From: Candidatus Thorarchaeota archaeon
Lineage (GTDB): Archaea; Asgardarchaeota; Thorarchaeia; Thorarchaeales; Thorarchaeaceae
Assembly (NCBI GenBank): GCA_003345545.1
Contig: PRDH01000043.1
Span: 1 to 13,002 of the forward strand
Direction of reading: 5' to 3'
DNA: 13,002 nt
Position 1 is the first letter of the stretch. Every line of letters starts with the position of its first letter. The notes under the pieces are model-generated. The model was given only the letters and a program-made list of their open reading frames with translations. It was not told the origin of the DNA and searched no databases. Shown piece by piece: positions 1-8,789 of the stretch. Both the position numbers and the translations under genes were made by a program.

Positions 1-105
1 GACCGTGTTGGCATCTTTCCGTTCAACATGGTCCTTCTCTGTGGTGGTCAACATCTCAAAGGCCATGGCTATACGAGAGAAGATGTTGATGTGGATCATT
101 ACTGA
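1..105 (+). CDS. 3' end of a MoaD/ThiS-like (beta-grasp, ubiquitin-like) protein with an extension after GG; partial
   Basis: Frame 1 reads DRVGIFPFNMVLLCGGQHLKGHGYTREDVDVDHY* (TGA at 103-105). DRVGIFP matches the last-strand motif of the next gene (DLIVIFP). Not in the ORF track because it is cut by the window edge. Confidence 0.6.
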   Translation, partial: DRVGIFPFNMVLLCGGQHLKGHGYTREDVDVDHY

Positions 106-116
106 GTGATGTGCCC

Positions 117-359
117 ATGAGAGTTTTAGTCAAGCTCTATGCAACCCTCCGAGAATACGCTCCTATTGATTCTGAGATTGGGGCATCATTTGAGGTGCAT
201 TTTGATGGTAGAACCCTCAGTGAGTTAATTCAGCATCTCGGTTTCGGACTTGATAGGGCAAAAATCGTGATGATTAATGGGATTCGAGTGCTGGACATGA
301 GTGCAATATTGAATGAAGATGACCTGATTGTGATTTTTCCCCCTCTAGGGGGAGGATGA
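117..359 (+). CDS. MoaD/ThiS family ubiquitin-like sulfur carrier / SAMP-like protein (80 aa)
   Basis: N-terminal VKLYATLRE, central VMING and C-terminal DDLIVIFPPLGGG with a free di-glycine. ATG 117 is preferred over GTG 111 because of the SD-like GAGTGAT at 104-110. Confidence 0.93.
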   Translation: MRVLVKLYATLREYAPIDSEIGASFEVHFDGRTLSELIQHLGFGLDRAKIVMINGIRVLDMSAILNEDDLIVIFPPLGGG

Positions 360-610
360 CTCTATAATAGCATGAACAACTCTGAGTGCTCCTATTTCCA
401 TCAAAATCGAACCTTGATGTTTTTGGCAGCAACGATCTCTTTTCTGAAGTAATCAGTGCTTTTCAGGATTCCAGGGAGGTTACTGATGAGAGGACCAAGG
501 CTACCACGTAGTGCCAACGAATGATGGCTCTCAAACTCATCGACAAAGTGAATATGCTTTGCAGGATTGAGTTGTTCTTGTAACCTGCAAGATAGATATG
601 AAAGAAATGA

Positions 611-1420
611 TTAGGACTCAATGAGGATAGTCTGAAGTTCGTCAAGCAATGCACACAAATCTTCTACGAGATTCTTGTTTCTATCGTAGACCCACTCCTG
701 TTTCCAATGATTTGCAGTAATGTTCTCCTTCCTTCCGTTAGTAAGAATGCCTCCCAAGAAAACGGGTTCAATCAGTATTGATGAACTGGGTCTGTCCCAC
801 CTTGGAAGATTCTCCGATGCGCTTTTCATTTGTTGAATTGCAGCTGCTATGGGCATCAGTCTTGACACACTGAGATACCACTCTGGTGAAATGCAGTCCT
901 CCAAGGCCCCCTCGAAGACTTCCAGAGACATAAGTCGCGCGGAGTTGTTTGGCCAGAGGAGCAACACAACAGTCCACTGCGCCTCCCTTTCATCACAGTA
1001 ATTGCCGCGAGTCTTGACTGCAACAGCAGCACAAGGCAAGTTGTCCGGAATAGGTGACCCAATCCAGCTATTCACTAGTCGCCCGTAACTCTCTCGAAAC
1101 CCTTGAATACTCAACTCTGGATCATATTCGTAGAGTGGTAGTGGAATTGATCTTGCAGGATGCCATGATCTGTCATAGAATTCCTGTCCAACACTTGACC
1201 CTGCGCAGTTGAACCTACCAGAGAGATCCTCTCTTCCAGATCCACTGGAAATCTCAAGAAAAACAGGGAAGTAGGCATCAACTGGGAACTCGCCACGCAC
1301 GCTTCCCACAAGTCTAACACTACCAGGGATTTCTATCTTTCTGAAATCAAGCAGATTTCTCAGACTACCCCATATGAGTGAAAAGTCTGGCGCAGCGAAT
1401 TCATCCAGCATGCCTACCAT
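611..1420 (-). CDS. Hypothetical protein (269 aa), probably co-transcribed with gdh
   Basis: Long ORF starting 2 bp after the gdh stop. Globular composition, no motif recognised. Confidence 0.75.
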   Translation of the reverse strand: MVGMLDEFAAPDFSLIWGSLRNLLDFRKIEIPGSVRLVGSVRGEFPVDAYFPVFLEISSGSGREDLSGRFNCAGSSVGQEFYDRSWHPARSIPLPLYEYDPELSIQGFRESYGRLVNSWIGSPIPDNLPCAAVAVKTRGNYCDEREAQWTVVLLLWPNNSARLMSLEVFEGALEDCISPEWYLSVSRLMPIAAAIQQMKSASENLPRWDRPSSSILIEPVFLGGILTNGRKENITANHWKQEWVYDRNKNLVEDLCALLDELQTILIES

Positions 1421-1422
1421 GA

Positions 1423-2628
1423 CTAATGGCGACCTTTACCTTTCTTTTCCATAGCATCAAGAACTCTTGCCTGTGCTATTTCCAGAGCCACTTGCCTTGG
1501 GGTGAGCTTTCGGTCCATGTAACCTCTTACTACAAGTTCAGTGTTCTTCTTGATTTTTGATTCTATCATAGTGAATGCTTCTTCTTCGGTACCGCCCTTG
1601 TACTCGACATAGGAACCAATCACTCCTCCGGCATTCGCCAGAAAGTCAGGAATGATAATCACTCCGTTTTCAAAGAGCTCTTTCTCTGCTATTGGTCTAG
1701 TTGCATTGTTTGCGCCCTCGACAATCAGTTTTGCCTTGATCGAGTGCCAAGTACCCTCATTAATCACGTCACCGACTGCGCAGGGTACAAATATGTCACA
1801 GTCAATCCCTAGAATTGCATCTCTTGGTAGCACAGTTCCTTGTTTGCAGTTCTTTACTGATGCCTGCTCACTTGTAGCATATGCATGCTTCTCAGCCTTG
1901 GCGACATTCAGGCCTTTTTCGTTGTATATTGTGCCCCAGTAGTCGTTTAGCGCAAGAATCTTGGCTCCTTTGTTCTCTAGGTACTTAGCTATCCACAGTC
2001 CAACGTTGCCAAAACCTTGAATGACAACCCTCGTATCTGCAAAATCACTGGGAAGACCAATGGACTCGCCTATCATCTCGAATGTCTTCTCGAGCGCAAC
2101 TCCCATACCAAACCCTGTTGTTCCCAATTCGTGTGGAATGCCTCCTAGCTTGCTTGGTTTTCCGGTTGCCGCCTGCAAATCCCCAATTGTTTCAACAAAA
2201 GCTGCAATCTCTTTCTCGCCAACATTCATGTCAGGAGCTGCGATGTATCGCGATGGAGTTGACGGGGCAACTTTCTTGGCGAACTCTTGTATGAACCTTG
2301 TCTTACTAATATTGTAAGGATCTGCTCGAATACCTGACTTGGCGCCTCCAAAGGGAATGCCTGCTAGAGAGCACTTCCAAGTCATTGCTCTTGCTAGTCT
2401 AAAGACTTCCAAAGGAGTTACTGTTGAGGAGATTCTTATACCCCCTTTTCCAGGACCCAATGCTGTATTGTCAATGACTAGAACACCTTGCATCTGCGTA
2501 ATTGGGTCGTAGACCTGTATGACCTCTTCCGGACCCCATGAGTCGAGAAAAGACGATACATTTACCTGATCTAGGGCCTGTATTACTCTCTCAGTGCTTA
2601 GGACTGCCTTGCTATCCATTACAACCAT
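1423..2628 (-). CDS. gdhA: Glutamate dehydrogenase (Glu/Leu/Phe/Val dehydrogenase family)
   Basis: GPGKGGIR (Lys that binds the glutamate gamma-carboxyl is retained; Leu in LeuDH), MTWK, GGAKSG, APDMN, Rossmann QGFGNVG, EGAN, PDFLANAGGVIGS. ATG 2628 follows SD GGTGA; GTG 2637 is an alternative start. Confidence 0.92.
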   Translation of the reverse strand: MVVMDSKAVLSTERVIQALDQVNVSSFLDSWGPEEVIQVYDPITQMQGVLVIDNTALGPGKGGIRISSTVTPLEVFRLARAMTWKCSLAGIPFGGAKSGIRADPYNISKTRFIQEFAKKVAPSTPSRYIAAPDMNVGEKEIAAFVETIGDLQAATGKPSKLGGIPHELGTTGFGMGVALEKTFEMIGESIGLPSDFADTRVVIQGFGNVGLWIAKYLENKGAKILALNDYWGTIYNEKGLNVAKAEKHAYATSEQASVKNCKQGTVLPRDAILGIDCDIFVPCAVGDVINEGTWHSIKAKLIVEGANNATRPIAEKELFENGVIIIPDFLANAGGVIGSYVEYKGGTEEEAFTMIESKIKKNTELVVRGYMDRKLTPRQVALEIAQARVLDAMEKKGKGRH

Positions 2629-2659
2629 TAGTGTCACCAGTATGCGAAAAATACCAATC

Positions 2660-2676
2660 TAATATAAGGATTTGGC
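2660..2676 (-). promoter_or_regulatory. Putative BRE/TATA promoter of gdh
   Basis: Minus strand GCCAAATCC-TTATATTA lies about 32 bp upstream of ATG 2628, implying a short leader that contains the SD. Confidence 0.55.
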
Positions 2677-3000
2677 ATTAGGATACAAGTTTTGTGACAT
2701 TCATTTATACAAACAAATCTTTCAGCGCGAAAAGAGATGGCTGTTCTTGCTATATTTCCTGGTTCTTTATGTTCATTCATGACAGACTTGGGCTCACTCT
2801 TGCTCATCTCCCTATATACTCCCCCTCTCGCTTTATCTATCCAATGCCGTCATCCTTTTATTCGGTCTTTGCGTTTGAACGGTGATACGACGTATGAGGT
2901 GCTACATATTCTGGCACCCGCATCATTGACTATTGGAATCACCAGGATAGCATCTGAGTTTCCAAAGCCCATACAGAATGCGAGGTTGGGAGTAAGCTTG

Positions 3001-4068
3001 ATGGATGATTTGCTGAACGACCCACTAAACGTAGAATTAATGAAGCGTGTTTGCGGAGGGGAAGGCATTGAAATCAACATAGCCGAGCTCTCCAAACTCC
3101 TTGGGAAACATCGAAACACCATCCAATCAAGGCTAGACCAACTATTTCAACATGAGATAATTGACCGTCCCTTTCATCCCTTTCCTTGGCTCCTAACTGA
3201 GTACCCCCTTCTAGTCGTCGAGAGGATAGGCCTTTCTCGGGACCCTAAGACGAATCTTTGGATTGAGTTGGACCCAAACATATGGGCGGCGTTCTTCTTC
3301 AAAGATGAAGAATACAACACACTGCTGATAGAGCTGCATAGAGATCTCTATGAGTACCAACTTTGGAAGAAGCGGGCTCTGACCGAGGACATGATCTCCG
3401 CCAAATCAGGAATGGACTATATTCCATCGGACCCCTACTATTTGAGCACGAAGGCTATACTGAAATACACCCCCAACGCATCATTCGAAGTCTTCAAGGA
3501 GAACTTCAGACAGGGCCTTCATCTCAAAGTCGGGGGATTGGAACTAGATGAAACCTCGGTAGACCTCCTTGAGGCACTCCTGTTGGGAAAGGGTATACAT
3601 ACCAATCCAAATAAGCTGGCGGAGCTTCTCAATGTGCATCGAAGAACAGTCCTGAGACGGCTGACGCTTCTTCTAGACGAAAAGATAATCCTCCCTCCTG
3701 TCTGCAGATTCCCTAGAATATGGACGCCACCTGAGTACTTCATAGTCATTTCTCTGTTAGAGATAATGAAGAACAAAGACAGGATTGTGAAGACGCTGTC
3801 TGAAGACCCGCACATATCATTCTTAGTGGAAGCTAACGTCGGAAGATACAATCTCTTGGCTCTCAATAGCTCCTACAGGATGAGCGACCATCTTGCATGG
3901 GAAGAAGGTTATGACCAGAGGTTCTCGGGAACTTTCGGCGCTGTCAAGAACTTCTATCTTTCTCCTGCAATGACTTTTGCTATTCATCAGCAGTACGTCG
4001 CACTAGCCTATCTAAACTCACGAGCTGACTATCTACGTGGGAGAATGCTGATGAAAACAATCAGGTAA
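3001..4068 (+). CDS. Lrp/AsnC-like transcriptional regulator with two tandem wHTH + effector-domain repeats (355 aa)
   Basis: Two similar HTH units: DPLNVELMKRVCGGEGIEINIAELSKLLGKHRNTIQSRLDQLFQHEII and DETSVDLLEALLLGKGIHTNPNKLAELLNVHRRTVLRRLTLLLDEKII. Each is followed by a RAM-like region (DPNI..EYNTL; DPHI..GRYNLL). ATG 3001 chosen (GGGAGT upstream); the frame is open from 2737. Confidence 0.8.
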   Translation: MDDLLNDPLNVELMKRVCGGEGIEINIAELSKLLGKHRNTIQSRLDQLFQHEIIDRPFHPFPWLLTEYPLLVVERIGLSRDPKTNLWIELDPNIWAAFFFKDEEYNTLLIELHRDLYEYQLWKKRALTEDMISAKSGMDYIPSDPYYLSTKAILKYTPNASFEVFKENFRQGLHLKVGGLELDETSVDLLEALLLGKGIHTNPNKLAELLNVHRRTVLRRLTLLLDEKIILPPVCRFPRIWTPPEYFIVISLLEIMKNKDRIVKTLSEDPHISFLVEANVGRYNLLALNSSYRMSDHLAWEEGYDQRFSGTFGAVKNFYLSPAMTFAIHQQYVALAYLNSRADYLRGRMLMKTIR

Positions 4069-4399
4069 GACTAACCATGACAGTCTTGCTGTGCTGAAGT
4101 CCTTCATCGTCTTCGCCACTGTGTTCTGGTTATTATCTTTTATCGGTTGAAAGAGGATGGCAATGTGCATGCTCATATCCCTGATGACGATGCTTACCGG
4201 CCTAGGGCCCCATCGATGATGTTTTTGGTTGTAGCCCTGTATCAACTAGACTTCTCAGATTCTGCATACTCTGCAACTCGGAAACTGTGTGGCTCTTGCT
4301 TTGAACATCATTCTATTATGCCATATATCTGTCAATGAGAACACTCTCAACACGCTCTTCTACATCGAAGAATGGCTGGTCCAGCTGATTGAAACGGAG

Positions 4400-5197
4400 T
4401 TGTTCAACCTGACGATAGGAGTCTCAAAGAAACAAGGAGCAGTAGTGCTTGTTGTGCTTCTTCTTGTTGTAGGCTCTCTGACGCTTGCCCTCAGGAATCC
4501 GGCGGGTATGGAAGGAATCCGTGTGGCTGTCTATAATGATACAGGAGTTCTTCAGAGCAGTGCTACAGCATTACTAAACATGTTTCTCTGGATGAATGCC
4601 GATGCAGACTACGTAAACTCCACTGAGATTCAACAGGGTGTGCTTGATGGCTACGACATTGTTGTTTTTCCTGGAGGACCTGCTTCTGACTTCTTTTCCT
4701 CTCTTGGAGTCACAGGCGGGCTTGCAGTCCTTGACTTTGTTGAAGGAGGTGGATCATACTTTGGCATATGCGGAGGTTCTGTATTAGGTACCAACTATTA
4801 CCTCAGACTTTTCAATGGCTATACAGTTGGTGCTGTGAATGGCTCCGGGATCAAAATAATCCAGCTGATTGTGAATGGCAACTCGACAGGTCCAGACCTA
4901 TCCAGCGAGCCCTCAACATATGGTGTCCTTTACTGGAGCTCAGGTTACTTCTATTCGAGTAATGCAACTTATATGTCCACAGTGATTCCTATCACTCTCT
5001 ATCCGCAGAACAATGAGCCCAGCATGATGGTCTGTAGGTATGGCGCCGGTACAGTCTTTCTCTCATATCCACACCCAGAATATGAGGAAGACAGTGAGCG
5101 TGACGGAACTGACTATTTTGATTACTACGACGACCCTGACTCCGAATGGGGCCTTCTCATGAAAGTGTCACTATGGCTCGTTGAGGCCTCAAAATAG
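4400..5197 (+). CDS. BPL_N-like class I glutamine amidotransferase-fold protein with an N-terminal membrane anchor
   Basis: RVAVYND, DIVVFPGG, FVEGGGSYFGICGG (nucleophile Cys), GAGTVFLSYPHPE (His-Pro-Glu). KKQ is followed by a hydrophobic helix GAVVLVVLLLVVGSLTLAL. Start uncertain (TTG 4400 chosen; frame open from 4289). Confidence 0.82.
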   Translation: MFNLTIGVSKKQGAVVLVVLLLVVGSLTLALRNPAGMEGIRVAVYNDTGVLQSSATALLNMFLWMNADADYVNSTEIQQGVLDGYDIVVFPGGPASDFFSSLGVTGGLAVLDFVEGGGSYFGICGGSVLGTNYYLRLFNGYTVGAVNGSGIKIIQLIVNGNSTGPDLSSEPSTYGVLYWSSGYFYSSNATYMSTVIPITLYPQNNEPSMMVCRYGAGTVFLSYPHPEYEEDSERDGTDYFDYYDDPDSEWGLLMKVSLWLVEASK

Positions 5198-5238
5198 ATA
5201 TTTGTGCAGTGTGATGACAGGGGCTCCGGGATCTTGGC

Positions 5239-6489
5239 TCAGCTCTTGAGGTCTACGACTCTATGCTCCTTTCTGCTTCTCTCAGCGGCAAAGGCCATCA
5301 AGTGTGTTTCAAGCGTTTCATCCTGCCCTGAGAGAATCTTGCTTGGATCATTCTCGACTACTGCTGAAACAAATGCGTGAATCAGCGCATAGTCGCCTCC
5401 GCCATGGTCCGCAAGCGACGGAGGTGTTTCAGTAGAAATATCCACGACCTCGGACCTGCCCGTCAAGAACTCGTAGACTTGGATTTTGGTGCCGTTGCCG
5501 TAGATCTCCCCTCTGGTGCCGAAGATGCGGGTCTCTCTCGGCCTTGCTTTGGCAAATGCGGTCATGGTGAATGAGGCAGTTACACCACCCTCGAACTCCA
5601 TGTTCACAACTTGATGGTCCACAACATCGTTGTCGCACTCGTATACGCACCTACCGTATGGCCCATCTCGGAGTGCTTTGATGACACCTGCTGATGTTAC
5701 GTCTGAGGTAACGACACTCACAGGCCATCCTGTGACTCCTCGTTTGATGAAACCAAGGTAGATCCTCTTTGCCGAATAGGGGCAATCTGGTTCATAATCA
5801 CACTCTAGGCAGTTACTGCCTGCAATGGCAGGCTTATTCTCCTTCTTGAAATGTGTAAGGGATCCGAACGAGGAAACTGTGACACATCTCTTACCAATGA
5901 TATATCTGATCCAATCCAAGTCGTGGCAGGATTTTGTGAGCAGCATGAAGGAGGATTCTCTCTCATTTCTCCAATTGCCTCTGACAAACGAGTGTGCCTG
6001 GTGCCAGAATCCGACGGGCTCAAGGTGTTGTATACTGACAATTTCTCCGATAAGTCCAGAATCGACGATTGACTTGAGCTCCTGTGTGTATCTCGTATAT
6101 CGAAGAACATGCGCTACTGCGAACATGATAGTCTTTCCTGTGACTGCCTTAACAATGTCTCGGCAGCTCTTCTCATCCGGAGCCATTGGTTTTTCAAGGA
6201 GAATATGATAGCCCCTCTTCGCGAAGGCAATGGCAGGGTCTCGATGCATCTGGTCCTGAGTCGTGATGAGTACAGCATCTGCGAATTTATCCCTCTTCGC
6301 CATGTCTTTCCAGTCCTTGAAGACATTCTCCTCGGGAATATTGTATTCGAGAGCCATCTTCTCTCGGTAGAACTCGCGTGGCTCAGCGACGCCAACGATT
6401 CGAGCTCTGTCAGGATGTTCTCTGGCGTATGATGCATAGACGAACCCTCGGTCTCCAGCACCTGCAATAATCATCTCCATAGGCTTCAT
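5239..6489 (-). CDS. Gfo/Idh/MocA family NAD(P)-dependent oxidoreductase
   Basis: Rossmann GAGDRG, LLEKPMA, HVLRY, HSFVRGNWR, KSCHDLD, YGRCVYECDNDVVD, HGGGD. Confidence 0.95.
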   Translation of the reverse strand: MKPMEMIIAGAGDRGFVYASYAREHPDRARIVGVAEPREFYREKMALEYNIPEENVFKDWKDMAKRDKFADAVLITTQDQMHRDPAIAFAKRGYHILLEKPMAPDEKSCRDIVKAVTGKTIMFAVAHVLRYTRYTQELKSIVDSGLIGEIVSIQHLEPVGFWHQAHSFVRGNWRNERESSFMLLTKSCHDLDWIRYIIGKRCVTVSSFGSLTHFKKENKPAIAGSNCLECDYEPDCPYSAKRIYLGFIKRGVTGWPVSVVTSDVTSAGVIKALRDGPYGRCVYECDNDVVDHQVVNMEFEGGVTASFTMTAFAKARPRETRIFGTRGEIYGNGTKIQVYEFLTGRSEVVDISTETPPSLADHGGGDYALIHAFVSAVVENDPSKILSGQDETLETHLMAFAAERSRKEHRVVDLKS

Positions 6490-6990
6490 TCTTTTTCCTC
6501 AGGTTCTATCATCCTACTGCACTTTGTTCGAGTTGCGTTTTAACTCTGTTCTCTTCTCTGCTATCACCAATTGAGCAAAGACTTGGTATCTCGCTATTCA
6601 CGAATCAAAGTAGAATGACTAACGATAATCTACTGTTCAATCATGACTTCATCTATGCTCTATCACGCAAAGGTGAAACCTGAATCAGCTTGCCCACTTG
6701 ATGGAATTTGGGAGTGATTTGATTTCATTCACAAGAATCATAGTTCTGAAGTACATAGACATTGGAGAAAAGTGGGCACTCTCAATGAGAGCTGCAGTAC
6801 AGCGAAGTCTCAGAGTGAAACTGATTACCAACATAGAATCCGATCTCTTCACGGTGACAGAAAGAATGTAGAACTAGCTGCACGGCTGAATTCGGCTCAA
6901 ATTGAGACCGAATCTGAGGGCTTGTTCCTCCTGAAGGGAAGGCGGAGAGTTCATAATCACTCCTGACATAGTCTATCGTGGCTAGACGAG

Positions 6991-7578
6991 ATGGGAGCAT
7001 TCGAATCAGGGTCAAATTCGGCTGATTTGCATGTCAAAGACATGTCACGCATTGCTAACGCCTCTGGTGTAACAATAGCCCTGTTGGGCCTATTAGCTCC
7101 TGTAATGATGATGTCCGCCAATTATGACGGATACGTTGATTTCGCTATCCAGGCCATTCTCTGGTCTTTCAATCTGGGGAGCTTTGGCTCTGGTTTTCAA
7201 TTCATCTCTCTCTACGCGGTTTCCACGATGTTCCCTCTACTGATTTTACGAATGGTACCTGCTTATGTGATAGTAAGGTACTACCACGGGAAGACGACTA
7301 GAAAGCGAGCACTAATTGGTGTAGCGGTTGGAGACATTCTCTTTCTAGCCGAAGGTCTGCTATTCTTTGTTTTCTCATACATGTCTATGGGTTCATTCCT
7401 CCTTGTTCCTCTTCCATTTGAGATGCTAGCTGGCCTCCTTGTTTTGTGGAGATTTCCTATTCCTGAACCAACAAGGCCTTGGGAGGGCTCCGACGAGACA
7501 AAACCTTGGTGGGAGAAGGAATCGAGTGAGAAGACTGCTTCTTCCGATGCCAATGATGACAAGAATAGACTGTGGTAG
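6991..7578 (+). CDS. Hypothetical multi-pass membrane protein with a polar C-terminal tail
   Basis: About 4-5 hydrophobic segments, then PIPEPTRPWEGSDETKPWWEKES...LW. ATG 7042 is an alternative start. Confidence 0.8.
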   Translation: MGAFESGSNSADLHVKDMSRIANASGVTIALLGLLAPVMMMSANYDGYVDFAIQAILWSFNLGSFGSGFQFISLYAVSTMFPLLILRMVPAYVIVRYYHGKTTRKRALIGVAVGDILFLAEGLLFFVFSYMSMGSFLLVPLPFEMLAGLLVLWRFPIPEPTRPWEGSDETKPWWEKESSEKTASSDANDDKNRLW

Positions 7579-7844
7579 CAGTTACAAGTATCATGATAAT
7601 GGAACTCGTTGAGGAGCTTGATAGTGCGTGAATCTTCTAGGTTTGACCTTCAATACACCAGTCACCGCAGAGTAATTTCTTACTTCCCTCGGGAACGAGG
7701 TAATTTCAGCCCGAATTATCATTGATGACAACTGATTCGAGTCTGATGGATGCGAGCCGATTGTGTTTTTGGATGGTGCCATAGTTCATGCCACCTAAAG
7801 GATTCTCAGTCAACCTCATAAGAATACAAGAAACATCTACATCT

Positions 7845-8690
7845 ATGCAGCTTCCTGCTCGACGAGCTTACCATGTGATATATGATACTTCTCTATATGA
7901 GTCGATTAGGTATGCTGCAGAGAATGACTGGACTGGCATTGTTCCAGACATTGGCGTCCCATTATTCTCGCCTGAGAGAATTACATCCGAGGAGAGAGTA
8001 CGTCTGCGGGAGTTATCAAGAGATCTCTCCATTGAGTGGGGATTTCATGCACCCGGCGATGATGTAAACCTCATGTCGACGTATCCTCCAATCAGAACTG
8101 GAGTCATCTCGTACTTCAAGCAAATAATCAATCTGGCCAGAGAGCTCAGTACAGGCCCCACCAATCTAGTTGTGCATCCTGGAATCCTCCCGAGCTTCGA
8201 AAAGGCGGGGAATCAGCCATCAGATAGTTTCAGTCAGCAATACCATTCTGTCTATGCTCAAGTCCTGCGCGAGAATCTCTCCGAGCTTCTTGCACATGCT
8301 CGTCCGCATGTTCGTCTGGTGATTGAGAACGTCTATTGGACACCACTTGTTCGCGAAGTGATTGAACATCTAATACCTCAGGGTCTGAAGCTTTGTCTTG
8401 ATATACCCAAACTCTACGGTTTTGACCTGAAGCTGAGAGAGTCTGACTGGAGTCTATTCCAGAGATACAAGGGCTCAATCGAGGTTGTCCATATTCATGA
8501 CATCATTCCGCAGATTGGAAGCCATCAGGTTGTAGGAAATGGGCTTATCGACTTCCAAGAAACATTGAGTTTTCTCAGCAAACTACCAACAAAACCCCAG
8601 TATGTGTTTGAAGTCAGGCCTCGAGAGGAGGCACATAGAAGTCTGATGGGAATTGGCGAGATCATGAGGATTTTCGGTTATGACTTGTAG
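7845..8690 (+). CDS. Sugar phosphate isomerase/epimerase family (xylose isomerase-like / AP endonuclease 2 TIM barrel)
   Basis: GFHAPGDDVN, VVHPG, LVIENV, LCLD, VHIHD, HQVVGNGLIDF, VFEV. ATG 7845 preferred; frame open from 7788. Confidence 0.88.
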   Translation: MQLPARRAYHVIYDTSLYESIRYAAENDWTGIVPDIGVPLFSPERITSEERVRLRELSRDLSIEWGFHAPGDDVNLMSTYPPIRTGVISYFKQIINLARELSTGPTNLVVHPGILPSFEKAGNQPSDSFSQQYHSVYAQVLRENLSELLAHARPHVRLVIENVYWTPLVREVIEHLIPQGLKLCLDIPKLYGFDLKLRESDWSLFQRYKGSIEVVHIHDIIPQIGSHQVVGNGLIDFQETLSFLSKLPTKPQYVFEVRPREEAHRSLMGIGEIMRIFGYDL

Positions 8691-8789
8691 CTTCTCTAGG
8701 ATCAGACGTACTCCAATGAAGGATAGCACGACAAATACGACTACTCCGATCACCAGCAGGACTGCTGCTGCCGTGATTTCCCAGTTTAT
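8583..8789 (-). pseudogene. Small single-TM ORF with an ATA start (mutated start, non-canonical start, or permease C-terminal remnant)
   Basis: Reads INWEITAAAVLLVIGVVVFVVLSFIGVRLILEKLQV. SD GAGGTG (8797-8802) is 7 nt upstream and the ATA overlaps the TAA of the upstream gene. First in-frame stop is at 8583-8585, inside the convergent isomerase gene. Confidence 0.45.

Noticed and set aside
2691-2713. TTTGT-N13-ACAAA as an Lrp operator
   Set aside because: Only 5-bp arms in AT-rich DNA and a single copy; too weak to call.
2634-2807. 57-aa minus-strand ORF (MSKSEPKSVM...) whose TGA overlaps the gdh GTG
   Set aside because: It runs across the predicted gdh TATA box, has no recognisable motif and is antisense to another open frame.
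6490-6990. 500-bp divergent intergenic region with short ORFs (50-77 aa)
   Set aside because: No motifs, poor SD spacing, and no clear repeat or RNA structure was found by eye.
463-8478. Other 60-130-aa ORFs nested in or antisense to the main genes
   Set aside because: They overlap well-supported CDSs and have no independent motifs.
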